A stretch of 64,000 nucleotides of DNA from Candidatus Cloacimonadales bacterium (GTDB lineage Bacteria > Cloacimonadota > Cloacimonadia > Cloacimonadales > JAFGVF01), in assembly GCA_963678315.1 (NCBI GenBank), contig OY782781.1, positions 2,208,001-2,272,000 on the forward strand, read 5' to 3'. Below, piece after piece: positions 1-10,046 of this stretch. The position numbers and the translations under genes were made by a program. Under the pieces are notes generated by a model, which searched no databases, was not told where the DNA came from, and was given only the letters and a program-made list of their open reading frames with translations. Positions within the stretch are counted from its first letter, which is position 1. Each line of letters opens with the position of its first letter.

Positions 1-1277
1 GTCTGCCCTATTCCTAAACCTATAGTTCTATCATTCGTGGTAAATGCTACAGCATTAGATTTAAGAGATGCTACTGCATTCCAGCCAAATTTTAGTGCTT
101 GAAGTTCTTTTTCAGATGGTTGACGTTCTGTTACAACTTTCCAGTTTTCAGGAATATCTGTATTTATATCAGCATCTTGAACTAAATAGCCATTTACACA
201 AGTAGTAATAATTTTATGATTTTTTAGCTGAGATATTTTATCTTGATTGAATTGAATAAGTCTTCTATTCTTCTTCTTTCTTAAGAAATCGAGAACACCT
301 TCTTCATAAGCAGGAGCTAAAATAATCTCTGTAAATACAGAATTGATTTTCTTAGCAGTAGCTAAATCTAGAGGTCTGTTAACAATAACAATTCCACCGA
401 AAGGAGAAAGAGTATCAGTTGCAAAAGCCTTATCATAAGCTAAATTTAATTGAGCATCACTGCCTATTCCGCATGGGTTAGTATGTTTGAAGATAGCAAC
501 AGTAGGGGCTTCAGTAAACTTCATAATTGTCTTAATTGCTGAATCTACATCAATTAGATTATTGTATGATAACTTTTTACCATGGATTACTTCAAAGATT
601 TCATCTTCTTGGTAGAATGAAGCATTTTGATGAGGGTTCTCTCCATATCTAAGAGTATCTTTTAAAGGAAGAGAAACATTAAGAGTATCAACATTATTAT
701 TGTGTTTCATGAAATATTGTGAAATAGCAGTATCATAATCTGCAGTATGTGCAAATGCTTTTTGAGCTAAAGAACTTCTATATTCAGGAGTAATTTCATT
801 ATTTTTAATTCTATCAATAACATCTTGATAGTCATTAAAATCTGTAATAATAAGTACTGAGTTGAAGTTTTTTGCTGAAGATCGAATAAGAGTAGGACCA
901 CCAATATCGATATTCTCGATAATATCAGCGTGGGAAGCTTCAGGATTTGCAACTGTTTGTTTAAAAGGATATAAGTTAACAGCGACTATATCTATCAGAC
1001 CTATACCAAGCTCTTTTGCTTGTTCTAGATGTGATTCAACCATACGATTAGCCAAAATACCACCGTGGATTTTAGGATGAAGAGTTTTAACCCTTCCATT
1101 CATTATTTCTGGAAATTCAGTTACATGGCTAACCTTAATTACTGAAATGTTGTTTTCTTGAAGATGTTTAGCTGTGCCACCACTAGACACGATTTCATAC
1201 CCTAAATCAATTAATTGCTTTGCAAAGTCGATAACATTCGTTTTGTCAGAAAGACTAATCAATGCTCTCTTGGTCAT
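1..1277 (-). CDS. purH: Bifunctional AICAR transformylase/IMP cyclohydrolase (3' end runs off the window)
   Basis: Not in the ORF track because it has no stop in the window. Manual translation from ATG 1277 (GGAG SD upstream) gives MTKRALISLSDKTNV...GRVKTLHPKIHGGIL...ENIDIGGPTLIRSSAKN...LRYGENPHQ...KHTNPCG. Confidence 0.97.
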   Translation of the reverse strand, partial: MTKRALISLSDKTNVIDFAKQLIDLGYEIVSSGGTAKHLQENNISVIKVSHVTEFPEIMNGRVKTLHPKIHGGILANRMVESHLEQAKELGIGLIDIVAVNLYPFKQTVANPEASHADIIENIDIGGPTLIRSSAKNFNSVLIITDFNDYQDVIDRIKNNEITPEYRSSLAQKAFAHTADYDTAISQYFMKHNNNVDTLNVSLPLKDTLRYGENPHQNASFYQEDEIFEVIHGKKLSYNNLIDVDSAIKTIMKFTEAPTVAIFKHTNPCGIGSDAQLNLAYDKAFATDTLSPFGGIVIVNRPLDLATAKKINSVFTEIILAPAYEEGVLDFLRKKKNRRLIQFNQDKISQLKNHKIITTCVNGYLVQDADINTDIPENWKVVTERQPSEKELQALKFGWNAVASLKSNAVAFTTNDRTIGLGIGQ

Positions 1278-1374
1278 TCTTAACTCCATAATTTTTATTA
1301 TCTTCCGATATTGACGATTTAACAAAAGCACTAATTGAGTCAAGACGATTTTTTATAATTCATCTTCAAGAAAT

Positions 1375-1406
1375 AAAAAAGCACATAACTAATGATAATT
1401 ATGTGC
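1375..1406 (-). terminator. Probable intrinsic terminator after the ABC permease
   Basis: GCACATAA...TTATGTGC stem next to an A-tract (U-tract on minus strand). Confidence 0.5.
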
Positions 1407-1434
1407 AAAATTTATATTAACGTTGTTAACAATC

Positions 1435-2661
1435 TTATTCAGTTCTCAAAGCTTTGACTGGATCTAAAGAACAAGCTTTCCATGATGGTATTATACCAAA
1501 AATAAAACCAACTCCGGAAGACATAACTAGAGCAATTAAAATTAGTTTAGATGTAATTGCAACATTAGCACCAAGATAATTTCCAACATAGTTAACCAAA
1601 GAAGTACCAATTAGAATACCAACTAGGCCACCAAGAGTTGTAACAATAATAGTCTGAATTAAGAACTGTAGAAAAATATCCATTCTAGATCCACCAATTG
1701 ACATTCTTACACCTATCTCACGTGTCCTCTCTTTTATTGTTGCCAGCATGATATTCATTATAACAATACCACCGACAATTAAAGATATTCCAGATATAAA
1801 ATAGAAAATAATAGTGAACTTACTAGACTCTCGTTCCATTACTTCTCTTTGTTCTAGATTAGATTCAGCTCTCCAGACAGGTTTGTTAGAGAATTCTTTA
1901 TTAATCAGGTTAACTAGTCTATCTTGAACATATTTAGTGTAATCTATACTTTTAGTTTGTAGTTCAAATGACCTAACTCTATCAAGACTTGGCTTGAGAT
2001 TAAGAATTGTAGTTACTGGAACAAGGATATTCCTATTCTCCCATTCGAGCCAGTTACCCTGACCCATATTGCCTTTACCTTCGAATACTTGTCGCTCTAA
2101 TATTCCAATTATAGTAAACTTGTTACCATCAATATCAATAAACTTACCTATAGGGTCAACACTACCAAAGAGTTCTTGTCGAACTATAGTCCCAATAAGG
2201 GCAACTTTCTTATTATGAGCTAAGTCAAAGGATGAAATTGTTCTACCAGTGCTTACTGGCCATTCTTTAATCTTAAAATAATCTAAGTCAACTCCTTGAA
2301 CTCTACCATTAAATTGGGCTGAATTATATTTAGTACTTGTGTGTGTAAAGATTTCAATGTTTAAAGTTTCAATGCCTTCAACTTTAGATACTAACCTCTT
2401 TACCTCTTCATACTCTAAAGATTTTCTTCTACTTGTTGGTTTATCAAATTCCCAGTTTCTATTGAAGTTGACCTTTGTAAAACCTCCATTCTCTTCAAGC
2501 CACTCTAATGTTTGTTTGGTGGTTCCTTGAACTAAAGACATCACTATAATGATTGATGCTGTTCCTAATACTACCCCTAGTACGGTAACAAATGTTCTAA
2601 TTTTCTTAGACCAAAAGTCTTGAAGGGATTGGTTTAAGACTTCTTTAAAGGAGATTGCCAT
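1435..2661 (-). CDS. MacB/FtsX-family ABC transporter permease
   Basis: N-terminal TM (RTFVTVLGVVLG), periplasmic domain, and GGIVIMNIMLATIKERTREIGVRMSIG motif. Start moved to ATG 2661 (MAISF). Confidence 0.92.
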   Translation of the reverse strand: MAISFKEVLNQSLQDFWSKKIRTFVTVLGVVLGTASIIIVMSLVQGTTKQTLEWLEENGGFTKVNFNRNWEFDKPTSRRKSLEYEEVKRLVSKVEGIETLNIEIFTHTSTKYNSAQFNGRVQGVDLDYFKIKEWPVSTGRTISSFDLAHNKKVALIGTIVRQELFGSVDPIGKFIDIDGNKFTIIGILERQVFEGKGNMGQGNWLEWENRNILVPVTTILNLKPSLDRVRSFELQTKSIDYTKYVQDRLVNLINKEFSNKPVWRAESNLEQREVMERESSKFTIIFYFISGISLIVGGIVIMNIMLATIKERTREIGVRMSIGGSRMDIFLQFLIQTIIVTTLGGLVGILIGTSLVNYVGNYLGANVAITSKLILIALVMSSGVGFIFGIIPSWKACSLDPVKALRTE

Positions 2662-3325
2662 CGTGTATCTTCCCGTCAACAATAGTTATAGTTCTATCAG
2701 CTTTTTTGGCTATTGAATTATCATGAGTAACTACTATTACTGTATTTCCTTTTGCGTGAAGATCAGAAAATATAGACATAATATCAGAACCCGAAGTGCT
2801 ATCAAGATTACCAGTTGGTTCATCAGCTAAAATAATTGAAGGATTATTAACAATAGCTCTTGCTATAGCAACTCTTTGTCGCTGACCACCTGAAAGTTCT
2901 GACGGCTTATGTTTTAATCTATCTCCTAGTCCAACCGAAGAGAGAACTTCTATCGCTTTCTTTTCACGTTCTTTCTTAGATACTCCTGCATATAAAAGAG
3001 GTAGTTCAACATTCTTCAATATATTTATATGAGGAAGTAAATTAAAGGTTTGAAATACAAATCCAATCTTACTGTTTCTAATTTTAGCTAACTTGCTTTT
3101 TCTTAGCTTTTCAACATTCTCCGTATCTAAGACGTATTCTCCACTTGTTGGGGAATCTAAACATCCCAGAATATGCATTAATGTTGATTTACCAGATCCT
3201 GATGGACCAATAATAGCTACAAACTCACCCTTCTTGATTGATACATCAACACCTTGTAAAGCATTTACTTCTACCTTACCCATTTTATAAGTTTTCTTTA
3301 ATGATTCAGTTTTTATAATTTCCAT
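2645..3325 (-). CDS. MacB/LolD-type ABC transporter ATP-binding protein
   Basis: Walker A GPSGSGKS, signature LSGGQRQR, Walker B ILADEPTGNLD. Confidence 0.96.
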   Translation of the reverse strand: MEIIKTESLKKTYKMGKVEVNALQGVDVSIKKGEFVAIIGPSGSGKSTLMHILGCLDSPTSGEYVLDTENVEKLRKSKLAKIRNSKIGFVFQTFNLLPHINILKNVELPLLYAGVSKKEREKKAIEVLSSVGLGDRLKHKPSELSGGQRQRVAIARAIVNNPSIILADEPTGNLDSTSGSDIMSIFSDLHAKGNTVIVVTHDNSIAKKADRTITIVDGKIHDGNLL

Positions 3326-3342
3326 AAAATCACACCCTATGA

Positions 3343-5079
3343 TTAATTTTCTTCTTGTTTCTGTTCTAAAATATGCAACCTAACACCTGGAGCAAAGGAA
3401 GAGTTGGGATACTTAGTTAAAAAATTTCTTGCTAGAGTTTTAACTTCTTCCCTATCTCGACTTGAATTATTTACTATTTGCAGTTCAGCATAGTCTCTAC
3501 AGAATTCATCTTGGAAGTTATTACTATATAAGACTAGTGCTCTGTCAAGTAACATGTTATTTTTATTCATCTCAGCATTCATGATAATAAAGATTTCATT
3601 TGAAGAAGCTTCATAAAGAGATTGATACAAAGAATCGGCTTTAGTTATATTCTTGAGTGCTTTATATCTGTAGGCATCTTGGAAAAGTTTATTATTCTGA
3701 GGAGTTAATTCTTTTGTATAGAACTTAATTGTTAATGCTTCTAATGTTTCTTGTGAGGAAGGAAATGAGATGACGAGTTCTGTTAATAACGAATCTGTTT
3801 CGGCAGATGAATTAAGAAACTCATATAAAAAGGAGTTAAATAGAATTTGACTGTCTACATCATATCTTTCTAAGAAAGAAAGTTCTTTATGTGCTTCCTT
3901 ATGATTATCATGTAAGATATGGTATTTAGAGATAAGTATACTAACTTCCTTTTTACTGTTTGAAGAATTAGCATGCCTATCAGCAAGCTTCAATTTATCT
4001 AAATACACTGTATTTATTCCATTTTTAGATTTTTCAATGTTAGCTTTAGTTATATAAGCTTGAAAGAGATAGGAATCTTTGTTTCTGACTTTGCCACTAA
4101 AGTTAATTACGTCTGTTGCTAAAGAATCAGACTTGACTAATTGCTTATTTACAAGATATAAATCAGCTAATTTTAGCATGTAGCTCAATTTATTGTTATT
4201 GTCAGTTACTTTTGATATAGCAAGATTATATAGCTGACCAGATAAATCATAGTTTCTATCTCTCTTAAGCTGTTCCGCTTTTACATAAATATCTTTGTGG
4301 GAATATTTGGACATGAGACTTAAAACTTTATCGTTTTTGTTACCATTTATAAGTGCTTCTAAGTAAACGTTAAACACTTTCTTGTTATTGTTATCTATAA
4401 TAATTGAATCAATATCATCACCGAAATACTTAATAACATCCTCAATTATAGCAGAATCATGTATGATCATGTTTTTAATTCTCATATTGACTATTCCAAT
4501 ATATCTGGACTCTTTTTCAATAACTTTAAAATAGTATAATAAAGCTTGAGAGTAGTCTTTAATATAATAATAAGAATCTGCTATGTTTAAATTGAACTTA
4601 CCAGGAAATTTGTTATTAGCGATTTTATAAAGTTCTATAGATTCAACATAAGCACGATACCTGGTGAATAACTTAGTAATATCATTAAAATTTGATAGAT
4701 TCGAGTATGACTGAAGATAATCAAGTGCTTGAGAAAGTGCTAATTCACTCTGAGAATTCATTAATTTGAGATTAATTCTGTGTTTGCCACTTAGAGAATC
4801 TGGAAGTATCTTATCCTTATCAGCCAATATTTGGGTTAGAGCTTTAGAATCATTACTTCTAATATACTGCTGAATAAGCCCCTCAATCAAATCAATATCA
4901 TTTGGATATGTAACAAGAGCTTCTTTATATTGGATTTTAGCTCTTTCGTACTGTCTGGACTTAATCAATTTATCAATGTTATTCTTTATAATTTCCTTTT
5001 CATCATATTGGCCAAAACATAATGAAAACAGTACAAGAAACATAATTATCAATACTATTTTTGAATTATTCATTATCAT
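3343..5079 (-). CDS. Exported tetratricopeptide-repeat protein
   Basis: Signal peptide, helical TPR-like repeats, and C-terminal FLTKYPNSSF motif. Confidence 0.7.
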   Translation of the reverse strand: MIMNNSKIVLIIMFLVLFSLCFGQYDEKEIIKNNIDKLIKSRQYERAKIQYKEALVTYPNDIDLIEGLIQQYIRSNDSKALTQILADKDKILPDSLSGKHRINLKLMNSQSELALSQALDYLQSYSNLSNFNDITKLFTRYRAYVESIELYKIANNKFPGKFNLNIADSYYYIKDYSQALLYYFKVIEKESRYIGIVNMRIKNMIIHDSAIIEDVIKYFGDDIDSIIIDNNNKKVFNVYLEALINGNKNDKVLSLMSKYSHKDIYVKAEQLKRDRNYDLSGQLYNLAISKVTDNNNKLSYMLKLADLYLVNKQLVKSDSLATDVINFSGKVRNKDSYLFQAYITKANIEKSKNGINTVYLDKLKLADRHANSSNSKKEVSILISKYHILHDNHKEAHKELSFLERYDVDSQILFNSFLYEFLNSSAETDSLLTELVISFPSSQETLEALTIKFYTKELTPQNNKLFQDAYRYKALKNITKADSLYQSLYEASSNEIFIIMNAEMNKNNMLLDRALVLYSNNFQDEFCRDYAELQIVNNSSRDREEVKTLARNFLTKYPNSSFAPGVRLHILEQKQEEN

Positions 5080-8000
5080 TCTCTGCGTTTAAACGTTTGA
5101 TATATTCAAGGATAATACGTTGGTATTCCTTAGGGTAATCCTTATAAGCTTCTTCTAAGAAAGCATTTTTCTCAATCTCTTTGAATCTTAATTCAATATC
5201 TTCAGGAGTTTCCCAATACTTATCATCTCCCTCTTCAGCTTTTCGCTTTTTACTCTTATCTCGTTTATTAATAGATTTAGTTGCTTCAAGCATTCTTGAT
5301 AATATATTTTCCTGTTGCTTAACCAGCTTTTCATCTAATCTGTTATACCTGAGATTGCGTGAAACTTCATTAAGTTCATCTATTAACTTCCTAATTGTTC
5401 TAGCCTGCTTTTGAGCATTAGGATTCGTTTTTAACATTCGTTCTAAATTGTCAGCTAACTGCTTTTCATCAGCAGCAAGTTTACCAAGTTGCTGTCTCAT
5501 TTCAGAAGGTATTTTCTTTTGCCCTTGACCAAGTTGTTTAAGAAGTTCTTGAGTCATCATATTCATAGCCATTTGTTGGTCACTCATTTGTTGCATTTGC
5601 TGCATAAAACTTTGCATACCAGAACCACCTGATTGCTGATTACCGTTTTCTTGCATTAAATCAAATATCATATTATGAAGACCGCTTTGAATTGTAACTA
5701 AATCTTTACTTACATTATATTTAACATTATTGTTTACATCAATAAATATATCTCGGAAAGCAGTGTTAGTGTCATTATAATCCATAATGAACTTTGGAGA
5801 GATTGCCATTAGTGCATTTGGAGTAGCTAACAACTTGTTTATAGTTAAGTTCAGCATTTCATGTTCAGCAATAATTCTTTCTATCACAACAAAAGGATCC
5901 TTGTCGAGTACAGTTGTTATATCCTTGTTTTCCTGAGCATAATAAATAAGCTCTGAAATAGCTTTCTGTTTAGCTTTGCTTAATTCTTGAGCTTGCATAG
6001 AGCCCATCATTGATTGCATTTGCATCAATGACTGTGTCATCTCTTGCATCTTAGAAATCATTTCTTGCTGAGAAGATACTGTTTGCTGACCTTTTTGATT
6101 CTGCATCTGGTCTGCAATATCCTGCATCTGTTGTTTCATAGAATCCATATCAGCTTTATCTTTCATTTCATTAAAAGAATCTTGTATTTTCTTATCTTCT
6201 TCAGAGTTTAACATATCTTGAAATTTATCTGCTTCTTTCATTATTTCTTCAAGTTGCTTTTTAATCTCTTCTTGTCTTTGAGACAATTTAGGACTATTCC
6301 CCTCTTTGGATTGACTTTGTTTCTTAAGCTCTGATTGCATCTTTTCAAGTTCTTTAGACATTTCAGTTAGCTTATTAAGAGACTGTTCTTTTTTTAATTG
6401 CTCTAGCATTTTTAAAGTTTGTTCTATCTTTTTGCTGAATTCTTCCATTGAGAACTTCATTTCATCAAGAGCTTTCTTCATATCTTGGGATGACATCTTG
6501 TCCATTTTATTCTTCATCATCTCCATTGCAAGGTTCAACTCCTCTGAGTTTATTTCTTGCATTAGCTCTTTTATCTTTTCCATCTTAGCAAGCGTTTCTT
6601 GAGTCATAACCTCATTCTTCTGAGCTTCATCAATCATCTTTTGTATAGCTTCTGCACTTTCGTCAATGTTTTCATTCATCTTTTCTTGCTGTGATATAAT
6701 GTCTTTAAGTTCTTTTTTATCTTGCCAATCAAGTTCATCCTTCTTCATTACTTCTCTACGTTTCTTCTCGAATTCTTGTTGAAGCTTCTTAGACTTATTG
6801 AGGTTTTGTGTTAATGCTTCATTTTGCTTTTGCTCTTGTTCTTGAAGCTCATTGAATATCTCGTCTAAGCTTGGAAGTTTAAGAACAATCTTTTCACTTT
6901 CCACATAGTGTTCTTTTTTGTAATGGTCAGTAACAGAAGCCCACAAGGTAACTTGATCATTAGGGAATAAGTTGTAGCTAGACAGATCAAGAATCATACT
7001 GTAGTTATAGATTTTATTATCGATCTTTCTCATTAACAGAGAATCTAATTTAATCGTATTATTTACATTATAGTGCAATGTCAAATTATATAATCCGTAA
7101 TCATCACTAACCTTTACTGTCAGAGGGATAAACTGATTCTTATCAATCTTTCTATCTTCAGGATAATTAGTTATCTCAATTTCAGGTTTTAAATCAGGTA
7201 TGACAATTATAGATTTATCTGGACTAGTGTATTTATTACCATGCACATCTTCGATATTTAAGTGATATCTTTTGTTAGTCGTTAGCTTATGCTTAAACAC
7301 TAGGGTATTATCATTTAGTTTTTCACCTAGAAGTGAAGAACCATCAGTAAAGACCATTAGTCCAGTTTTTAAACTTGAATTTGTCTCAATGATCATCTTT
7401 ACTGAAGAATTATGAATACCACTTATGTCTCCGTAAGAAGTTGTATCTGTTTCAGACTCTATTCCAGTATAATCAGGATAATCATAGATAACTTTAATTG
7501 AATTCACTGCAAGTTTTTCAAATACATCAACTTTGTAATATTGAGTTTGATATTTTTCATGTTCAACTTTATATTGGAAAGGTTGGTCAATGTCTTGAAA
7601 AAGGTATTCATCGCTTTCTAATCTGAAAGATTTAATTTTATCCGTAACTTTATAGAATATCTTATAAGAGAAGTTATTATCATAGTTGTTAATCTTTATA
7701 AGTAAATCTGAACCAGAAACAAGAATCGTATCTTTTGGTACAACATCTATGGAGTAGTCTATCGCAACTTTAGGCATTGACTGTAGATAAAAGCTTGACC
7801 ATGTGTCCCGGAAGTTACCTGCAAAAGTGAAGAATAAAAGACTATTACCAAGCATAAATAAGATAATAAAGATTAAGTAATTCTTACTAGTTACAGCAGG
7901 ATAAATTAACTTAGTAGATTGTGTTTTCTTATTAGTTCTTTGAATTATTCGTTCAAGAAAAGCACTATCACTTGGACTAGTAGATTGTTCAAGTTCAATA

Positions 8001-8320
8001 GCATTTTGATATGTATCATTGTTATCTTCATTAATCTTATCGATTCTCTTTGCAGCTTGATGTAAATTAAGGAATTTATTCTTTGTAGAGAAGATTAAAT
8101 AAATAACAATCATAGCAGCTGAAACTCGTAACGTTAAAGCAGTGTAGAATAACTCAAGTTTGTAGCCATCAACTAAATTATACACTACATTGTATATCTG
8201 GAATAATGCAATTACTAGTAGAACAATGCTGATTATTAAACGACCAGCTATAATTAAGTTATATTTGTCTTTAAAACTATTTAGTAGTTCTTTGTAATCT
8301 TTAAACTCTTTTTGCGACAT
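5066..8320 (-). CDS. DUF4175-like membrane-anchored coiled-coil protein
   Basis: Three N-terminal TM segments, beta-rich region, long Q/M/E/K-rich coiled coil, and C-terminal YPKEYQRIILEY motif. Confidence 0.75.
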   Translation of the reverse strand: MSQKEFKDYKELLNSFKDKYNLIIAGRLIISIVLLVIALFQIYNVVYNLVDGYKLELFYTALTLRVSAAMIVIYLIFSTKNKFLNLHQAAKRIDKINEDNNDTYQNAIELEQSTSPSDSAFLERIIQRTNKKTQSTKLIYPAVTSKNYLIFIILFMLGNSLLFFTFAGNFRDTWSSFYLQSMPKVAIDYSIDVVPKDTILVSGSDLLIKINNYDNNFSYKIFYKVTDKIKSFRLESDEYLFQDIDQPFQYKVEHEKYQTQYYKVDVFEKLAVNSIKVIYDYPDYTGIESETDTTSYGDISGIHNSSVKMIIETNSSLKTGLMVFTDGSSLLGEKLNDNTLVFKHKLTTNKRYHLNIEDVHGNKYTSPDKSIIVIPDLKPEIEITNYPEDRKIDKNQFIPLTVKVSDDYGLYNLTLHYNVNNTIKLDSLLMRKIDNKIYNYSMILDLSSYNLFPNDQVTLWASVTDHYKKEHYVESEKIVLKLPSLDEIFNELQEQEQKQNEALTQNLNKSKKLQQEFEKKRREVMKKDELDWQDKKELKDIISQQEKMNENIDESAEAIQKMIDEAQKNEVMTQETLAKMEKIKELMQEINSEELNLAMEMMKNKMDKMSSQDMKKALDEMKFSMEEFSKKIEQTLKMLEQLKKEQSLNKLTEMSKELEKMQSELKKQSQSKEGNSPKLSQRQEEIKKQLEEIMKEADKFQDMLNSEEDKKIQDSFNEMKDKADMDSMKQQMQDIADQMQNQKGQQTVSSQQEMISKMQEMTQSLMQMQSMMGSMQAQELSKAKQKAISELIYYAQENKDITTVLDKDPFVVIERIIAEHEMLNLTINKLLATPNALMAISPKFIMDYNDTNTAFRDIFIDVNNNVKYNVSKDLVTIQSGLHNMIFDLMQENGNQQSGGSGMQSFMQQMQQMSDQQMAMNMMTQELLKQLGQGQKKIPSEMRQQLGKLAADEKQLADNLERMLKTNPNAQKQARTIRKLIDELNEVSRNLRYNRLDEKLVKQQENILSRMLEATKSINKRDKSKKRKAEEGDDKYWETPEDIELRFKEIEKNAFLEEAYKDYPKEYQRIILEYIKRLNAENDNE

Positions 8321-9338
8321 TTAACTTCCTAATATAGAATAAAATAAAAAATACTAATGGAATAATATAGTAATAAAGCAAATTACTTACTTCCGGTAAT
8401 AGAAGAAGTGTACCCATACTTAGAATAATTAAAGCTCCAATTATTTTAAATGTTACAGCCATGACTTCCAAAGTCTTTTGTGATTTAATAAAACTTGTGG
8501 ATACAGTTTTAGTAAAATGAGCCATTAAGTTAAGAGTAACTAAAGTTGTTGCCATACCCATTGCCATTGCTATGACCATGAATAATCCAATTCCAAACAT
8601 GTCCATCTGCATTGCATATACTGCAATAACAACTGTACCTGGGCATGGAACTAATCCAATTGCAAGAGCAGTTAAGTAGAGGTTGCCTTTTTTATCTTGT
8701 GTATGTTGATGGGTTTTACCAAAAAATACACTGAACAACATATAGAATCCAAGTATAATGAATATTCCATAAGCAATATTTAACCCTATCATTGAGTACT
8801 TAGTTGAACCTGTAAGTATGCTTACGCTAAGGAGTTTTAGAATACCTACTAAAGTTAAGCCTGAAAGTGAATGTAGAAAAGCAAAGAATAGACTTGATCC
8901 TATTATAGATAGAAAATTAACCCTAGAAGCTACTACTTGTCCTACCATGAATATTTTACCATGACCTGGACCTAATGAATGAATAATACCATATAGAAAA
9001 GCGATCCCAAGTGCAATAAAGATATAGTTTTTAGAATCATTATCTTTTATCTTTCTAATTGTTCTGGATAATTTAGTCCTAATTTCATGCTGCATTTCTG
9101 TATTCTTTTCATAAAATGATTTATCTTCCACCTTAGAACTTGTTGCTTCTACCCTTCTTATATTTTTCTTAGTTCTAGTGATAGTTTCAATAGAATCGAC
9201 TTTTGTTTGAACTTTTTGTTCTCTTGCAATAGCTTTCTCTCTATCTTCACTACTTCTTTTCTTATCTGATCTAAATTGAGCGTTTAAGCAAACAGCCAAA
9301 AGCACTAGCACTACTATAAATATTATTTTCTTATTCAT
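8301..9338 (-). CDS. NicO/RcnA-family nickel/cobalt(/zinc) transporter
   Basis: YGIIHSLGPGHGK and GLVPCPG motifs, short His-containing loop, multiple TM segments. Confidence 0.88.
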   Translation of the reverse strand: MNKKIIFIVVLVLLAVCLNAQFRSDKKRSSEDREKAIAREQKVQTKVDSIETITRTKKNIRRVEATSSKVEDKSFYEKNTEMQHEIRTKLSRTIRKIKDNDSKNYIFIALGIAFLYGIIHSLGPGHGKIFMVGQVVASRVNFLSIIGSSLFFAFLHSLSGLTLVGILKLLSVSILTGSTKYSMIGLNIAYGIFIILGFYMLFSVFFGKTHQHTQDKKGNLYLTALAIGLVPCPGTVVIAVYAMQMDMFGIGLFMVIAMAMGMATTLVTLNLMAHFTKTVSTSFIKSQKTLEVMAVTFKIIGALIILSMGTLLLLPEVSNLLYYYIIPLVFFILFYIRKLNVAKRV

Positions 9339-9341
9339 AAT

Positions 9342-9929
9342 TTATTTACTTGAAAAGTTAACGCTAATTTCTAAAGGACTAAATTGGCCATAGTAGAATG
9401 TCTTATCTTTATTTTCATAATAAGAGAACTCATAATTGACTTTATCAGATTCTGTAAAAAAGATTCCTTTTGATGTATTCAAAAAGAACTTAGTATAAAA
9501 CTCTTTGTCATATACTGAAACTTTCACATTTTGTTCTTGTTTTAGTTTATCTACTGGAACATAAATATCAAACTCATAGTAAACGCATATATCTTCAATT
9601 CCAACAAAGAAATTCTTTACTTCTGGAATCAAATAATTTTCATCATTTAATGCAATATCTGTGTAGAAATTATAGTCCTTTAAACCATCAACAACATAAG
9701 ATTCAATATCTTTTATCTCGCTTGAACTAAATTTGTAATCATCATTCAAATCATAATCTTCTACAATTATCTTACTTGTCATATCGTCAAATACCCACTT
9801 TTGGGATACAACTACATAGCCTGTTTGATTAAAATCAAAGGTTAAGTCAACTCCTGCAAACAAATGCGGATGAGCAAAGGCTTGGAATATTGTTGCCATT
9901 GTAATTAAAATTAGATATATCTTTTTCAT
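9342..9929 (-). CDS. DUF1007-family periplasmic metal-binding protein
   Basis: Signal peptide followed by AHPH, W-x-FD and YDxxFY motifs; adjacent to the NicO-family gene. Confidence 0.85.
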   Translation of the reverse strand: MKKIYLILITMATIFQAFAHPHLFAGVDLTFDFNQTGYVVVSQKWVFDDMTSKIIVEDYDLNDDYKFSSSEIKDIESYVVDGLKDYNFYTDIALNDENYLIPEVKNFFVGIEDICVYYEFDIYVPVDKLKQEQNVKVSVYDKEFYTKFFLNTSKGIFFTESDKVNYEFSYYENKDKTFYYGQFSPLEISVNFSSK

Positions 9930-9991
9930 TTTACCTCTCAGAGTTATACTTTCCTATTCTGCATAATGGTCAAGATAATTAATAGTTACAC

Positions 9992-10019
9992 AAAAAAAGG
10001 GATTGCAAAAGCAATCCCC
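9992..10019 (-). terminator. Intrinsic terminator of gdhA
   Basis: GGGATTGC-AAAA-GCAATCCC hairpin with a 7-nt U-tract on the minus strand. Confidence 0.85.
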
Positions 10020-10046
10020 TATTCTATAATTAATATAATTTATATA

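Noticed and set aside
1278..1434. ZTP or purine riboswitch upstream of purH
   Set aside because: The region is short and AT-rich with no recognisable aptamer; only a terminator-like hairpin and a -35-like box are present.
5400..6850. Q/M/E/K-rich low-complexity stretch as a tandem repeat or array
   Set aside because: It is coding coiled-coil bias within the DUF4175-like gene, with no fixed-period nucleotide repeat.
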